Below, in pieces: positions 50,192-64,000 of a DNA stretch of 64,000 nucleotides. The notes below the pieces were generated by a model, which was not told the origin of the DNA, searched no databases, and saw nothing but the letters and a program-made list of their open reading frames with translations. The stretch's first letter is position 1. Every line of letters begins with the position of its first letter. The stretch is from Eledone cirrhosa (lineage: Eukaryota): positions 307,272,001-307,336,000 of the forward strand of contig OZ024742.1 of assembly GCA_964016885.1 (NCBI GenBank). Direction: 5' to 3'. Both the position numbers and the translations under genes were made by a program.

Positions 50192-53100
50192 AGGATGTTT
50201 ATACATGCATAACTCCACGCAATTATTTGCATGTAGAAAAAAAAATTACATGGGCATCTGATGATTGAAAGTTGCCAAAGAATGTGTATTTCAATGGGAA
50301 GTTCGCTGCTTCACTACACCATGACTAAGTAATCTATATTACTATCACCCTTCTCTTTATAACTCACAACCATTTATTTGGATTCACCTGGTGCTGAAAA
50401 GTAATAACAATTACATCAACAATAATGATGAGTGTGCCCATCGGAAAAATATTGTTTTTTTATAACATTGCATACGAAGCTATTTATTGGAAATGGTTAT
50501 ATTTATATAAAACAATTGCATGGCAAATCTTTGTAAGAACCTTTGTTCAATTATGTTCAACACACCAAATATATGACACGAATTTGTTATTTTACTAAAT
50601 CCCTCCAAAGTCTGAAAATTATAAGTAGTGTCTTTCCCAAGAAACATGGGAACGAAAGGATTAATGAATTTTGTGATTCTCTATTAGAATTTTGTGATTC
50701 TTTATTATTGTCAATAACTACATATCTGATACACCTTACTGACTATGATGTTGTCACAAAGAAATACTCCAAAGAAACAACGAAACAACGGCAGTAATGA
50801 AAGACATTTTAAAAAGAAAATATAGAGATACAGAAACAGTCCTAGCTTTACACACATAATAAGAAACTGTCCATTACTGACTATTGAACCTTATATGTAC
50901 AATTGAAGAAATTCGATGTTTTTCCAGACCTATGGCTTCAGACTTCACCAGACTTAGTTACATAAGACAACCGAATCTAGAATTGTTACGAAAACTTCAA
51001 AGCGGTTACAACTACTTCCTAATTCGTAAACACGACTATTATTATATAAGCCAAAAGCAACAAATGTGTGCCAAAGCGAAATTAAATTGTTGTGGCCGTC
51101 TCTTGTAAGAGCAAGAACCATATTGTCAGAGGAGTGTTGCGTTGTCTTTTTTGTCCCTCCTCAAACTAGACGGGCTGTTTCTGCGGGAGATGAACAGGAA
51201 AGCGAATAATTGCGTGGGATTTGTCAGGCATTTTGAATTCAAGCAATCTCCACATTCTTTCTGGAGCACTCACATATCTGGCATCTAGAAAATTCTTGAT
51301 TTCATCATGAATTATGACTTGCTGTCAGTTGCTTCGCTGATGTTTACAGTTATGGAATCATAGCCTTTGTATATGTATTTATACACATATTTCACTGAGT
51401 GGATGAAGGCGCAAATTTCTAGATTGACGTGGCAGTTGATATTTGTTATAAGGTACAACATATCGGTTGTCTACTACTTTCGGACAACGTTCAATGTTGA
51501 ACTCGGACGTCTTCTGGGGGATAGATAACTATCTCGGGTTTTAAAGGTTTTCTGTTGAAATTGTTTGGGAAAGTCTTTTGAGCAGTTGTTATTTTCCATG
51601 CATGGCGCGTTAGAGTTTTTCTCTCCCAGTGCATTACTGGTACTTTATTTTATCGACCCCGTAAGAATGAAAGGCAAAGCTAACCTCGGTGGGATTTGAA
51701 CTCAGAACGTATAGGGCCGTAACTCTATTCTGTAACTTTATGCAACACTATTATTAATAATAAAAGTTACTATAGTTATGATGAGTGCCGTTGTATTAGG
51801 ATTGTTCCTTGTTGGACAAGTAATTTCGCCAACGAAGTCAACTGACTATAAATTGCTTGTCTAGTTTGAGGAGGGACAAAAAAGACAAGTGCTAGAAAGA
51901 GCTGCGCAACGCAACACTCCTCTGACAATATGGTTCTTGCAAAATGATGAAAATGCAAGACGATATCTATATGTAGACAACCCTTATTATCTCTACAAAA
52001 CCCAGCAGATTTTTCTTCTTAGATGGCTCTGGTAGTACAGGAAAAATGTACCTCTACAGTACCTTGATATCGCATTTGAGTCGTCAAGGAAAGAGTGTTC
52101 TCTCATTTGCTACAACAGGCATTGTGGCTGATCTATTGCACCAAGAAAGAACTGTACACAGTGGCTGATCTATTGCACCAAGAAAGAACTGTACACAGTG
52201 GCTTTAATCTCCCAGTCCCTATCTTGGAAAACTCTACATCACCAACGAAGATTCCATCACAGCGCTCTGAAACATTAAAATTAGCTGACCTAATAATAAT
52301 TGATGAGGCATCAATGCTTTCAGGAAATGCATTGAGTTGCTTTGATCTACTGCTAAAGGAAATAATTGTTTCTACTTTTGGCAGAAGGCCAGCAATTACC
52401 CAGTGTATTACTGGTACTTTATTTTATCGACCCGGTAAGGATGAAAGGCAAAGTTAACCTCGGTGGGATTTGAACTCAGAATGGCAAGGGCCGTAACTCT
52501 ATGCGTCAAAGCATGGTGTCCGACCCTCTACCGATACTGCCAATCCATCGCCATTGCTAAAGGAAATAATTGTTTCTACTTTTGGCACAAGGCCAGCAAT
52601 TACCCAGTACATTACTGGTACTTTATTTTATCGACCCCGTAAGGATGAAAGGCAAAAGAAATAATGAACTGCCATAAGCCTTTCGGCGGTAAGGTTCTCT
52701 TTCTTGGAGTGACTTTAGGTAAACTGCGCCGGTTATTCTGAGAGGGTCAAATGCTGCTATAATTGAATCTTCTACCAAATATTCTCCTCTGTGGACAGAT
52801 GTGACAATTTTTACTTTAACTGAGAATATGCGAATAAATGGACAAGAAGAATTCACCGCATGGCTTCTTAGCATAGGAAATGGAACAGTCACTAATGATG
52901 TCGGCTTAGATGAAGATCTAATAAAAATACGTGAAACCATGATTTCATCTGGAAATTTGATAAGAGACATATTTGGCGACGACATTTCTGTAGTAAGTAT
53001 CGGAGATATTGATGAAACTTCAACAAAAATTATTTACTAAAAGATAAAGATTCAATCGAACTGAATATCAAGATATCACTTCTAGATATAGACTTACAGA

Positions 53101-53728
53101 TATATGAAAGTGTTGATGTGCTGGTTGACGAAAGTGCCGAGAATATCATGAATTATCCGGAAGAGTATTTGAATTATCTGATGCCGTTAGGCATGCCCCC
53201 ATATAATCTAGCACCGAAGAAAAATTCCATTGTGATGTTGCTGAGAGATTTGGATCCTGCTAATGGCTTGCTGAATAGTACTCGATTTTTGGTTTTATTT
53301 TCTAATGAATCTTATATTCATGTAATAATCATTACTGACAGTAAAAAAGGAAATGAAGCTTATATACCACGTCCGAGTGAAACAGATCTACCCTTCAATA
53401 TGAGTAGACTGCAGTTCCCTGTGATACCAACTTTTGCCATGACCATAAACAAATCACAAGGACAGAGCCTCAAAAAAAGTTGGTATTTACTTGCCACCTT
53501 CCATAGTCAGTCATGGCCAGCTTTATGTGGCCTTAAGTTGTACAAGAAGGAAGGAAAACTTAAAAATTCTTTTGAAGGAAACAAGCAGTCAAGGCACATT
53601 AGTTGTAGAAACTTTTCACAAAAACATTTGTAATAAAAGAATTATTAAACTAAAAACTTGGTTTTGTACCCTTTTTATATATAAAATACTACAATTAACG
53701 TCATTTTTGACGGCACGGAGCCAGCTAG
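50190..53728 (+). mobile_element. Decayed, rearranged Helitron (5' boundary uncertain)
   Basis: PIF1 motifs DGSGSTGK, IIIDEASM, PFGGK, LTENMR, RLQFPV..FAMTINKSQGQSL, SHGQLYVALS; 3' end GGCACGGAGCC hairpin followed by CTAG|T; Rep-like segment inverted at about 51100-51625. Confidence 0.8.
52367..52657 (-). mobile_element. Full SINE plus a truncated tandem copy inserted in the Helitron helicase
   Basis: TSD TGCTAAAGGAAATAAT repeated; helicase frame resumes as EIMNCHKPFGGK. Confidence 0.85.
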
Positions 53729-55636
53729 TTATTAATAATAATATTGACACAAGCCAACGAGGGAAACTCTACATAGTCCAAGTAGAAATAGTAATCATAT
53801 TTTCCTCGAAGCTTATCCTATCAGCTTAAAATGTAAGAATACATTGGCTAATGAAGTCCTAGACACATTGTTTCTTTCTTTAGAAAAAGTACGGAATTGT
53901 CACGACTGGACATCTTTAATCACAGGTCTGTTCAATCAGAGTTGATCTGTGTTCCACTTGCAAAAACAACAACATCAACAACGTTGATGATGGCCACCAG
54001 AAACTAAATCCATTTTATCAAAGCTATAGTTAAAAATGAACCATTACCAAACAACTTTCGTTCACCAGTCACAATTCTCAACCAAGACATTATATACAAA
54101 TATATACAATTAATTCCCTTTTGAAAATTATCTTATTCCATGTTTATTCGACAGAAGTGTTTTTAAAACAAATTCTATTTATCTTTTAGTTAGTTCTTTT
54201 CTTTTTTTGTTATTAGCGATTGCACTGTACATTCTTTTGGCTGGAATAGTAATGGTATGATTTTTACTTCTTGTGTTATGTAATTCCCTGTCATATATCG
54301 ATTCTTGTTTTTCTACCTTTCCAGTTGGATTAATGTCAAATCTTTCCACAAGATTTAAATCAGCGAAAAGTTAACATTTATTGATCAGCTCGAACATCTA
54401 AAGATTAGAGAAGCATTGGAAAAGGAAAGCCACGTTGCTTGGTGATTGATGCTGTATCATAGCTCCCAGGTAGGCTGAATACAGTAAAATTGGCGACTGA
54501 ATTCATTTGATTTAGCGCAGATGCTATGGTTAGTTAAATGAAACATCCACTCATGAATATTGATTATGATATTTCCAAATATTGGATTTACGACTTACAG
54601 GTATGAAGTATTCTTTTAGAGTAGAGGCAGCATGGCCGAATGGTTAAGGAGTTCGTTTCGTAACCATTAGGTTCCAGGTTTGATCGCTCTGTGTGGTATC
54701 TTAGGCAAGGTTGACTTAAAATTTGTGAATGAAATTTCATAGACGGAAAGTGCTTGGAAGCCTACCCGAGGGACTAGACCTGTATTTCAAAAGGTTAGCT
54801 TTATCAGACACTGTGTTACGCTGCATGTCACTTAGAAAAAGAGTACTCAATTCTGTAGAATGCTCAGCTATATATACATCAATTTCATGAACAGGCTGTT
54901 TCCTTGATCAAGCAACTGGAACGTTTAATGTAGAAACCGACGGAAGCTAATTTTAATTCCAATTCAGTTGTTGCTCGTAGTTTTCTGACTGAATCTTGCT
55001 AAAGACGTAGCAAATGAAAGACCGATCCAAAGCAAAACAAAAGAAAAACAAAACAAAACTAATAGCTAGCTTTTATGTTCATTCGTTATGGATTTCAGTG
55101 TTTAGTGTTTGGTCTATGTTGGATATAACTAAAGTAAGGACATGTGACTAGTTGTCGTTGTTGTCATGAGAATATAAAGAGGGTGATATTTGTGTGCTAC
55201 AAAAAGGTAGAAATAGCTATCGCCATTACGTTGTCGTCATTCCGAGGTCGCACTTACCGTTGAAATCCGCAATATTTAAAACGGAAGTCATGTTATATGT
55301 TCTCGATATCACACATCTTTTCTTCAATGGACTCTCCTGGCATTCTTATCATTAAAAGAAATAATAGATCAAACTTTGAGTATAAACTCGTAACAAATTG
55401 CTTTCAACGAATACATTTATATAAAAAATACCTTGTATTTTGCAACTTATCTGAATAGGCCATTTTTGCTCATACAATTTGTACTCTGCTCTGTGTGTTG
55501 TGTCATTGATCGAAGCCTTAATTAATTCGAATTTTAACTGACCTGTCATTAAGTTGAAACAACTATCGTGATTTGCCTGGCAAGGCTTTGTGAATGGGAA
55601 CTACTGGAGCATATTCATAAGTACACACACACAAAG

Positions 55637-55713
<77 letters not shown>

Positions 55714-55721
55714 TATATATA

Positions 55722-55781
<60 letters not shown>

Positions 55782-55805
55782 TATATATATATATATATAT
55801 ATATA

Positions 55806-55865
<60 letters not shown>

Positions 55866-56994
55866 CACGCATACACACTCACACATCACACACGTGCTTA
55901 TAGACTCCATCAATTGATTTATACTTTAGTTGATCGACACCGGAAGGATGAATGACATGGTTGATTGCTCTCAGTTTCATTTCAAATCTAAACGTAAAGA
56001 ATCGGAACAAATACTGCAAGGTATTTTATTCAACGTCCCAGTGGCTCTGCCACTCTAATGCCCTCGTTCGTCAATACAATAGTACCTGAAATAGGGTCAG
56101 TCTCATCTCATAGACAAATTGACAATGTGCTTATTTCAGTGAAAAAAATTAATAAAGCAGTAAAAGAGATGCTGAGTTGTCGATTATGAAGGGATTTAAA
56201 GCATTGAAAGAACCGTTGGAGAGGTACAATCTCATCAGAGGCCGTTAAAACTGTTCAGATGTGAGCCGTAACAACAACTGGGTTGTCAATTAAGAAGAAC
56301 AGCTCAAGAGGCAGATTTGAAACCGTGTTTTGCAACGAGTTCAGTTAGGTGGTTAAACAATTTCCGCTTCATTTAGGCTGTTAATACTTCAAGAAAAAGA
56401 ATGAAGACTACACCATCTTTTGCTTTCTACTATAAATCCATATCTACAAAAAAAAAAAAAAAAAAAAGAATCATTATTATAACTTTCTAATGTTTTAACT
56501 TACAGCAAATATCAAAGTATTTTTTGAAATAGACACTTTGGTTGGCGCTCATTGGATGAAAGATAAGTCTCCAAGTTGGCTGCGTGTTTCCAGCATTATT
56601 CCGATCTACTTAGGCGATAAAACATATTTTAATTGGAGGGCAGAAAATAAATAGAAATTCTTTCAAAGTATTTCCATAAATTCTAAAACATTATAATTCA
56701 AGAAAATTGGCTTCCTTGAGTTGGTTCTCTCATGTTTAGGTTTTATTTCTTCCTCACGTGCGAAATTCTAACTCAAGTGTTTTTCTTTAATGCAGCGCGT
56801 TTTGTAAATTCTTTTGTGAAGTTGGTCAAGTTAGCGTTTTATATCCCTCCCAGGAGTTGTTTTCTCAGCTGTTATGTTGTTATTGCGGGATCTTCGTCGT
56901 TTCCGACTACTAGTGCTCCACTTAATTCTATCAACGGAACAGAATGCTCGTGAAATTAATGTATATGTGCTGAACATTCTACACACATGCGGAA

Positions 56995-57545
56995 GTATCA
57001 GGTTTTGCAGATAATATCAACTTCATCTTATAGCATCATCAACAACAGCAAAACCGAATCTTGCTCAGTTTTATCAACCGCAAGAACATGGTAAAATAGT
57101 TGATCCCTCTAAAACACATTGGTTCCCTTCACTAATTCTGAACGAATCAATTATCAATGTGATAAAATATACTTAATGAATGAACTATTGACACCGCAAA
57201 AACCGATAATAATCCTTAGTATTTGGTTACAAGCTGAAATGGGAACCTCATCTTAATCACTCACTGAAAAATTACATCAACATGGAATTTAATTTAATTA
57301 TTTCAAAGAAATTCCTCTGCCTAACATATAAACACTTGAGATCGTATAATAAAGGAGTCATCAATGCTTACTGTTTGTATGGCAGTTATGTTGAGGGTGG
57401 GAGTGGTCACAAGCACAAACTAGCAAAAATATAATTAGTCAAGGGTGGGAAACATTTTGGGAAGAATCTAGAGATAAGTTCTCAGATTTCAATCTTTTAC
57501 TTTCTCGACTAGATCTGTCAACATTTAAAACATATCATCACTGCA
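56995..57545 (+). mobile_element. Very decayed LINE RT remnant
   Basis: GFADNINF and LKWEPHLN-like motifs only. Confidence 0.35.
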
Positions 57546-58310
57546 CACAACTTCATATTACCTCCTACTGCATTATATTTACGTAAGAAGTCGATACACA
57601 TCGTAATGTATCTTAATATAACTGTTTCTACTTTTTTGCACAAGGCCAGCAATTAACCAGTACATTACTGGTACTTTATTTTATCGACCCCGTAAGGATG
57701 AAAGGCAAAGTTAACCCCGGCGGGATTTGAACTCAGAATGGCAAGGGCCATAACTCTATGCGTCAAACCATGGCGTCTGACCCTCTACCGATACTGCCAA
57801 TCCACCGCCATTTAATGTATCTTAATATAATATTCTCGAAGATATTGAAGAAAAAGCAGAAAAGAATCACAGCATGAACATCACAACTTCACATTACCTC
57901 CTACTGCATTATATTTACGTAAGAAGTCGATACACATCGTAATGTATCTTAATATAACTGTTTCTACTTTTTTGCACAAGGCCAGCAATTAACCAGTACA
58001 TTACTGGTACTTTATTTCAACGACCCCGTGAGGATGAAAGGCAAAGTTAACCCCGGCAGGATTTGAACTCAGAATGGCAAGGGCCGTAACTCTATGCGTC
58101 AAAGAATGGCGTCCGACCCTCTACCGATACTGCCAATCCACCAATCAATATTCAATATTCTCGAAGATATTGAAGAAAAAGCAGAAAAGAATCACAGCAT
58201 GAACATCACAACTTCACATTACCTCCTACTACGTTATATTTATGTAAGAAGTCGATACACTTCATAATGTATCTTAATGTAATATTCTGGAAGATATTGA
58301 AGAAAAAAAG
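57546..58310. repeat. Tandem triplication: two units carry a SINE (57622-57810, 57958-58143), the third has the empty site
   Basis: Unit starts CACAACTTCA at 57546, 57882 and 58207; TSD TAATGTATCTTAATATAA. Confidence 0.85.
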
Positions 58311-58360
58311 AAAGACAAAAGAAACATAGCTGCAACAACAACAACAACAACAACAACAAT

Positions 58361-58395
<35 letters not shown>

Positions 58396-58749
58396 AGAAG
58401 AAAACCCTCTTCAGAAATCAGGATAAAACAAGAAATTGAAGAAAAGAAGGCAATGGAGGTTAATGAGTGAAATGAGACGTTGTTGGGTTTGTAATATATA
58501 GCGTTCATTTTCCTGACTGTAGGAAACAAGATTTGGTGTACAGACAATATAAGTCAGTGAGATAATGCTATTATCAAATTACCTCTATTTATATCTTAGT
58601 GGTAAGCAATTAGCTTGCTAGCGAGTCTGTCTTTATTATTATTTATCGATCGATATTTTCCTTGTAAATATATAAAACTCGTCATCTTCGTCGTAAACTT
58701 GACACTAGCACTTATTAAACACACTGGATACTGTCCAGTATTTACTAAC

Positions 58750-59100
58750 CACCACCATCTCAACCACCCTCTACTACCAATACCACTGCCGCCGCCACTA
58801 GCATCATTAACACCACCACCACCAACTACAACAACACGATAACCAGCCACACCAACACCAACGATGCCGTCGCCGCCAACACCACTATCACCACCATCAC
58901 CACCATAACCCCCCACACCAACACCACTGACGCCGTCGCCACCTCCACTATCATCACATCGATACCACAACAACCATCCACGTCAATACGCCGTCCCCGC
59001 CACCACCATCACCACCAAAACCAACACCACCAATACTAACAACACCAACAAAGCAACCACTATTACCAGCATCCCCACCACCACCACCACCACCACCACC

Positions 59101-59176
<76 letters not shown>

Positions 59177-60115
59177 GCAGGAGCAACAGCAACAACAGAA
59201 ACAACAACAACAACAGCACTGACAACAAGTTAGTCTTGTGCCTAAGCTAGATATCAATATTGTTGTCAATTTGTCAAGTACTAGAGCTGGCATGGGCAAC
59301 CTTTATCGAGAAGCGGGCCGCATGAGATATGACTCATCATCAGGCGGGCCGCAAGCGCTAATTTACATTCGTGCCCACATTAAAAAAGGGCGGTAACTCA
59401 GGTTGTTTTGATACACGTTGTTTTCCTTGATCGTAAAAATGATAGAAAGATAAACTACAACTGAAAATTTGGGGTAAAAAAATCAGAAAGATTTCACTTA
59501 GGTGACTTAGGCGAGTCATTCAGAAAGCTTCGCGGGCCGCAGGTTGCCCATGACTGTACTAGAGTAACAACAACAACCTCCACCACCGCTACCGTCAACA
59601 CCACAACCGCCAACAACACACCATATCTCACAAACACTTATATTACTATTATGACAACTACTAACAGCAACTACACCCAGAGCAGCAGTAGCAGCATCAC
59701 TACCACCACCGCCACATACACCACCACAAACAACAACACGTCTAACGACAACAACGTACAAGAACCTAAAACACCGCCACTACTATTTCGAGAACCGTCA
59801 CCACCAACCAACAGCAACTACAACAAAACAGCTGCCGCATCACCACCACCACCACCACCACCGCCAACAACAACAACAAAAACGACAACAACATCAGCAG
59901 CATCAACAACAACAACAACAACAACATTAATAATAACAACAATAATGATAACAGCAGAAGCAACAACAACATATTAGAACTACAAACAACACCACTACTA
60001 TCATGACAACCATCTCCACCAACTACCACCAACCAACCAAAAACAATAGCAACTGCAATAGAGCAACAGCTACAGTAGTAGCAGCACCAACACCACCAAC
60101 ACTACCACCACACAA
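58750..60115. repeat. (CAC)n/(CAA)n low-complexity region
   Basis: Direct reading. Confidence 0.85.
59287..59556. mobile_element. hAT MITE with perfect 8-bp TSD
   Basis: TIRs CTGGCATGGGCAACCT / AGGTTGCCCATGACTG; TSD TACTAGAG on both sides. Confidence 0.9.
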
Positions 60116-60374
60116 GCTGGGGACCTAATGATAGCCAAGTGAACTTCTTAAGTATTCGGTCATACTGAATTGTGACCGTAGAGAGTAGAAATATAAGAGT
60201 AATATTAATATTTTATGTTTATCTCTTTTGATTATTCGTCTCTTTAAATCCAGTGTCGTCTTCATTTATTGTTACGATGACTTGAGAAAATAATTGCAAT
60301 TGACTCATTTAAAGGACAATTCAATCCGATAAAATACACCCAGAGTGACATTTATTTAACTCAGATTAACACGA

Positions 60375-61000
60375 AAGACTAGTCTCCTTCAAAATAGGAC
60401 TCGCCAACTTCAATACATTTGTTGTAGCTCTCCAGCCACTTCTGGGAGCCTCCTTCATCTCCTCCACAGTTGTAGCTCTCCAGCCACTTCTGGGAGGCCT
60501 CCTTCATCTCCTGCACATCCTGAGCTTCTCCTTCAGCTTCGGGATAATATTTGATTGTAGGGAGGATGAGGGACATTCTCGATCCCCATACCGACCAAGT
60601 TGGATAAGTTTGTGGCAGGGGGCGTTGTCCTGGTGTAGGTGCCACTGATTACACACGAATAATTTTGGTCTCTTGCGACAAAATAACATTTTGATCTACC
60701 TCAAAACCTCTACATAATACTCTTTGTTGACTGTCTGGCCGTGGGGGACCCAGTGAATGTAGATGATGCCCTTGCTGTTGAAGAATGGAATCATGATGAA
60801 CCTCCCAGTCGACCTGCTTTGCCTGGCCTTCTTGGGTCTTGGGGAGTCAGAATGTTTCTATTGGGTTTTCTGCCTCATGGTCTCGGTAGACCCAGCTCTC
60901 GTCACAGGTTACCAGAGACTCAAAGACATTTGGATTTGAAGCGATCCATTCGACCATCTCTCTGTTGTCACCAGCGTGCCTCTGCCTTCGATCTTCATTG
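60375..61000 (-). mobile_element. Tc1/mariner transposase remnant
   Basis: LVTCDESWVY, GQTVNKEYYVEVLR, WHLHQDNAPCH, YFEGD ending. Confidence 0.8.
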
Positions 61001-61759
61001 AACACCCTGGGAACAAACAAGTACTAGAGTGTAACTCATCGGTTTCCAATCACTGTTTCGTTGACGATTAGCTGTGCCACAAGATCTTATAGCAATTAAC
61101 AATGTTAATAAAAACTATGCTAGCTTCAAACGGGTATTATATCGTTGAACTATATTTTATCACGAATAAGTCGTAATAAATCACCAATATGTTCTTGTGT
61201 AGACTAGTCAGAAACTCTTTTGAACTATTTGTTCCAATGCAGAAATTACCAGTCTGAAATAGAGGATATCTTAAGCTGATCTTTAAAAAAATTATCAAGA
61301 TTGGAGATACAATATATTGCCAAATATCTAGCAACTATAAACAAGATTTTTCAGTGAGGCTACGAAAAGATTCAACAACTGGCACCTTTATTTGCTTTAT
61401 AGCTGATCTTGTTTTTCACTTTTGTTTAATCCTCTTTTGCCTCCCGTTGGTTTTCCCTCCTTTTATATCTTTGTCTATTTCTTTTTGTTTCATAACTGTA
61501 AGGAGTACTAGATACCTCTCCTAGTCTGTCGTGACACACTAGCTCTATAATGACGTTTAAAGTGATTAAATAAATGAATAACGACAAAAACAACAACAAT
61601 AACACCAGCAGCAGCAACATCGACATCAACAACCATTTTCAGAAGTTAGTCTTGTGCTGAAGTTAGATATCAATATAATTATCAATTTGTCAAGTACTAG
61701 AGTGTAGCTCAACGGCTTCCAATCAGTTTTTAAAATATTTCTATTCACAATTCAAGAAG

Positions 61760-61980
61760 CATGGGTTGGCACTGTCGATAGAGTGTCGGTCAAAATGCTT
61801 TTCAGTATTTATTGAAGAATATTTTACGTTATGAGTTCAAATCCTGCCGAAGTTAATTTTGCCTTTCACCCTTCGGGGGCCAATAACATAAAGTACCTGT
61901 GAAATACTGCGGTCGGTATAATCGACTTAACAATTCAGCCCACAAATTGATGGCCTTGTGCCTAAATTAGAACTCATTAT
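61760..61980 (+). mobile_element. MetaSINE-like SINE, diverged; other partial minus-strand copies at 17035-17142 and 51625-51735
   Basis: GAGTTCAAATCCTGCCGAAGTTAATTTTGCCTTTCA...AAGTACC...GGCCTTGTGCCTAAATTAGAA. Confidence 0.7.
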
Positions 61981-64000
61981 TTATTCACAAAATAGCAGTG
62001 CTGCACAGAAGATAGAAGGACGAGTATATAGTAAATTAGCTGCATGTTAAATGTGTTAAACATTCTTCATAGAACTATCTCCCATGTTGCAATTATGCAA
62101 ATATATAAACATATTGTTGGATATGCACGATTCCCATTGGAGTTATCTGAGAAGAGACTTTTTATCTAAGTCCTGGAACTAGAATCAATGTCATCGACGA
62201 AAAACTTAACTTCAAAGTTTTCATCATTGATTCTTGGAGTTTTTTGGTCGGAATGACATTTCAATCGCAAAATTACATTAGGTCAGACAGTGGTAGGCTA
62301 TTGATTAATCCCGGGATAACTACTTCACTTATATAAAAGAAAGTTTGATACAAAATGAAATGTAACGTGTGAAAGCGTGTGGCGTAATGATTAAGGATAT
62401 TCGGCTAACTATCGTAAGGTTGTGAGTTCTTTTCCCGACAGCACGTTCAGCTCCAGAGCCAGACATTTTATTTCAGGTTGCGCCTGTAATTCATAGTGCC
62501 ATTCTGAATCTCCATGAGAATTACATTAAAGGTAAAACATGCGTCAGCTGCTCACTTGATAAGAAACATGCAATAGAAGGAGGATACATACGGATCATTG
62601 TTGAGGAGTTTGTAGATCAAGTATTCATTCCCATTATTATTGGAGTCACGTGTTATACATCAACACGTCTGGACTAAAATATATCAAAACGCGGATTTGT
62701 GTAAAAGAACGTAGATCCTTAATTCATAAGCAACAAATAGCCTCAATATTTTGGACCTTCAAAATCCCTAAAACTTTCTCAAGATTCAAAAGATGAATGC
62801 TTACACAAGAGTTGATGACAATTTTCTTTTTCTTTCAACCTTGCTACATGGAAGGTGGGCGGTCAAACATAAACTCAAAATTCAGAGAAAAAGAACATAT
62901 AGAGTCAGGTAGCCCGCCTGAGAGACACACAGATAGACATACCAGCATACACTGATTCCCATTAAGAAAAAACAATATAAGAACATTATTTCCCTTTCGT
63001 TTGGGTTTCTGAATACGTATGGCAATATACATAGATTTGTGGTCGAAATTGAGCAAATGAAAACTGTTTCAAAAACACACTTTAGATAGATTTTACCTGT
63101 AGTTCACAGGGCCAATCTTATCACACATTGTGACGCTGGTTCTCTATGATAACTACGTTTGTATTACACGTATAACTGGAATATTCAGGCTTTTATTTTC
63201 TAGATGCACGAGAAGGTTGTTCCATTGATCGAAAAATTGGAACCCTCTTGGTTGAAGCCGGGTCACCATCATGACGTCATGAGTTCAATTCTTGCCGGCA
63301 TCTTTTGTCCCTAAGCAAAACGCCATATTTCATGTTGCCCCAGTCCACTACATGTATGTGGAATGCTAAGCCAATTACTCGTTAATTTCCTGTACAGGAA
63401 CTTCTGTTGCCCAAACACCTGGATTACTCATAATCGGAACCGACAGAGGTGTAACATGAATACACAACATAATCCCTGACCTTGTTTTAGTTCTTCCCAT
63501 CTACACTGTCTATCAGTGTCTGTTTACTTTACACATACATAGAGAAGATTCTATATATGCTGGCGTTAATAACTACATTTCTGGGGGGAAATATGGAATT
63601 TAATATGTGAGCTTAGAGAAAAGCATGTAAGCATTGCAGTGGTGGTGGTGGTGGTGGTGGTGGTAGTTGTAAATATAGGACAGTATCCAGTATGTTTAAT
63701 AAATGCCAAATGTAAGGATTAACAATATATCATCGATAGCAGCAAGTTTTAAACATCAAATGCAAAACCAAGAAAACCATGTTTTTACTTTGTTCTTGCT
63801 ATGAAGACTAAGTTCTGACAAGCACGCACAGTGCATACACAAAACCGATTTTCTTGGCGAAGATATCCATCAGCTTACAATGTGTCTGGATGCCAAATAT
63901 CTCTCTCATGGGTAACTCTTTATCAAGATAGATGTATGTGTGATAGCTAAACAGGAAAATGCTCCTCAAGGACAAAATATCTTATCTGGTCCAAGAATCG

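Noticed and set aside
52010-53633. Host PIF1 helicase gene
   Set aside because: Intronless, disrupted, next to Rep-like motifs and ending in a Helitron hairpin plus CTAG
54625-54700. tRNA gene
   Set aside because: tRNA-like A/B boxes are the head of a SINE; no complete cloverleaf

Overview
AT-rich eukaryotic (animal) non-coding DNA, most likely from an octopus or related coleoid. That is inferred from the recurring SINE sequences, the (TA)n/(CA)n density and the TE repertoire. No intact host gene can be supported, and most ORFs in the track are microsatellite artefacts. The window is a mosaic of decayed or truncated elements: LINEs (Tx1, CR1-like, RTE, RLE/CRE-like), SINEs, hAT elements with TSDs, a mariner remnant, a rearranged Helitron and four Penelope-like (PLE) fragments. 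The main unexplained structure is a set of about a dozen sequence-unrelated short elements sitting in (TA)n tracts. Nearly all carry a hammerhead ribozyme (HHR) motif read by eye (CUGANGA...GAAA, often with a palindromic stem III). Many share the layout (TA)n - arm - inverted arm - one-sided tail - (TA)n. One family is the terminal repeat of a Naiad-type PLE in the window and has a U3-A8 core variant (UUGACAA). Another is a 497-bp tandem, retrozyme-like unit inserted at a short TA site inside an RTE endonuclease frame. All folds and coordinates are manual and approximate; none has been computed or tested.
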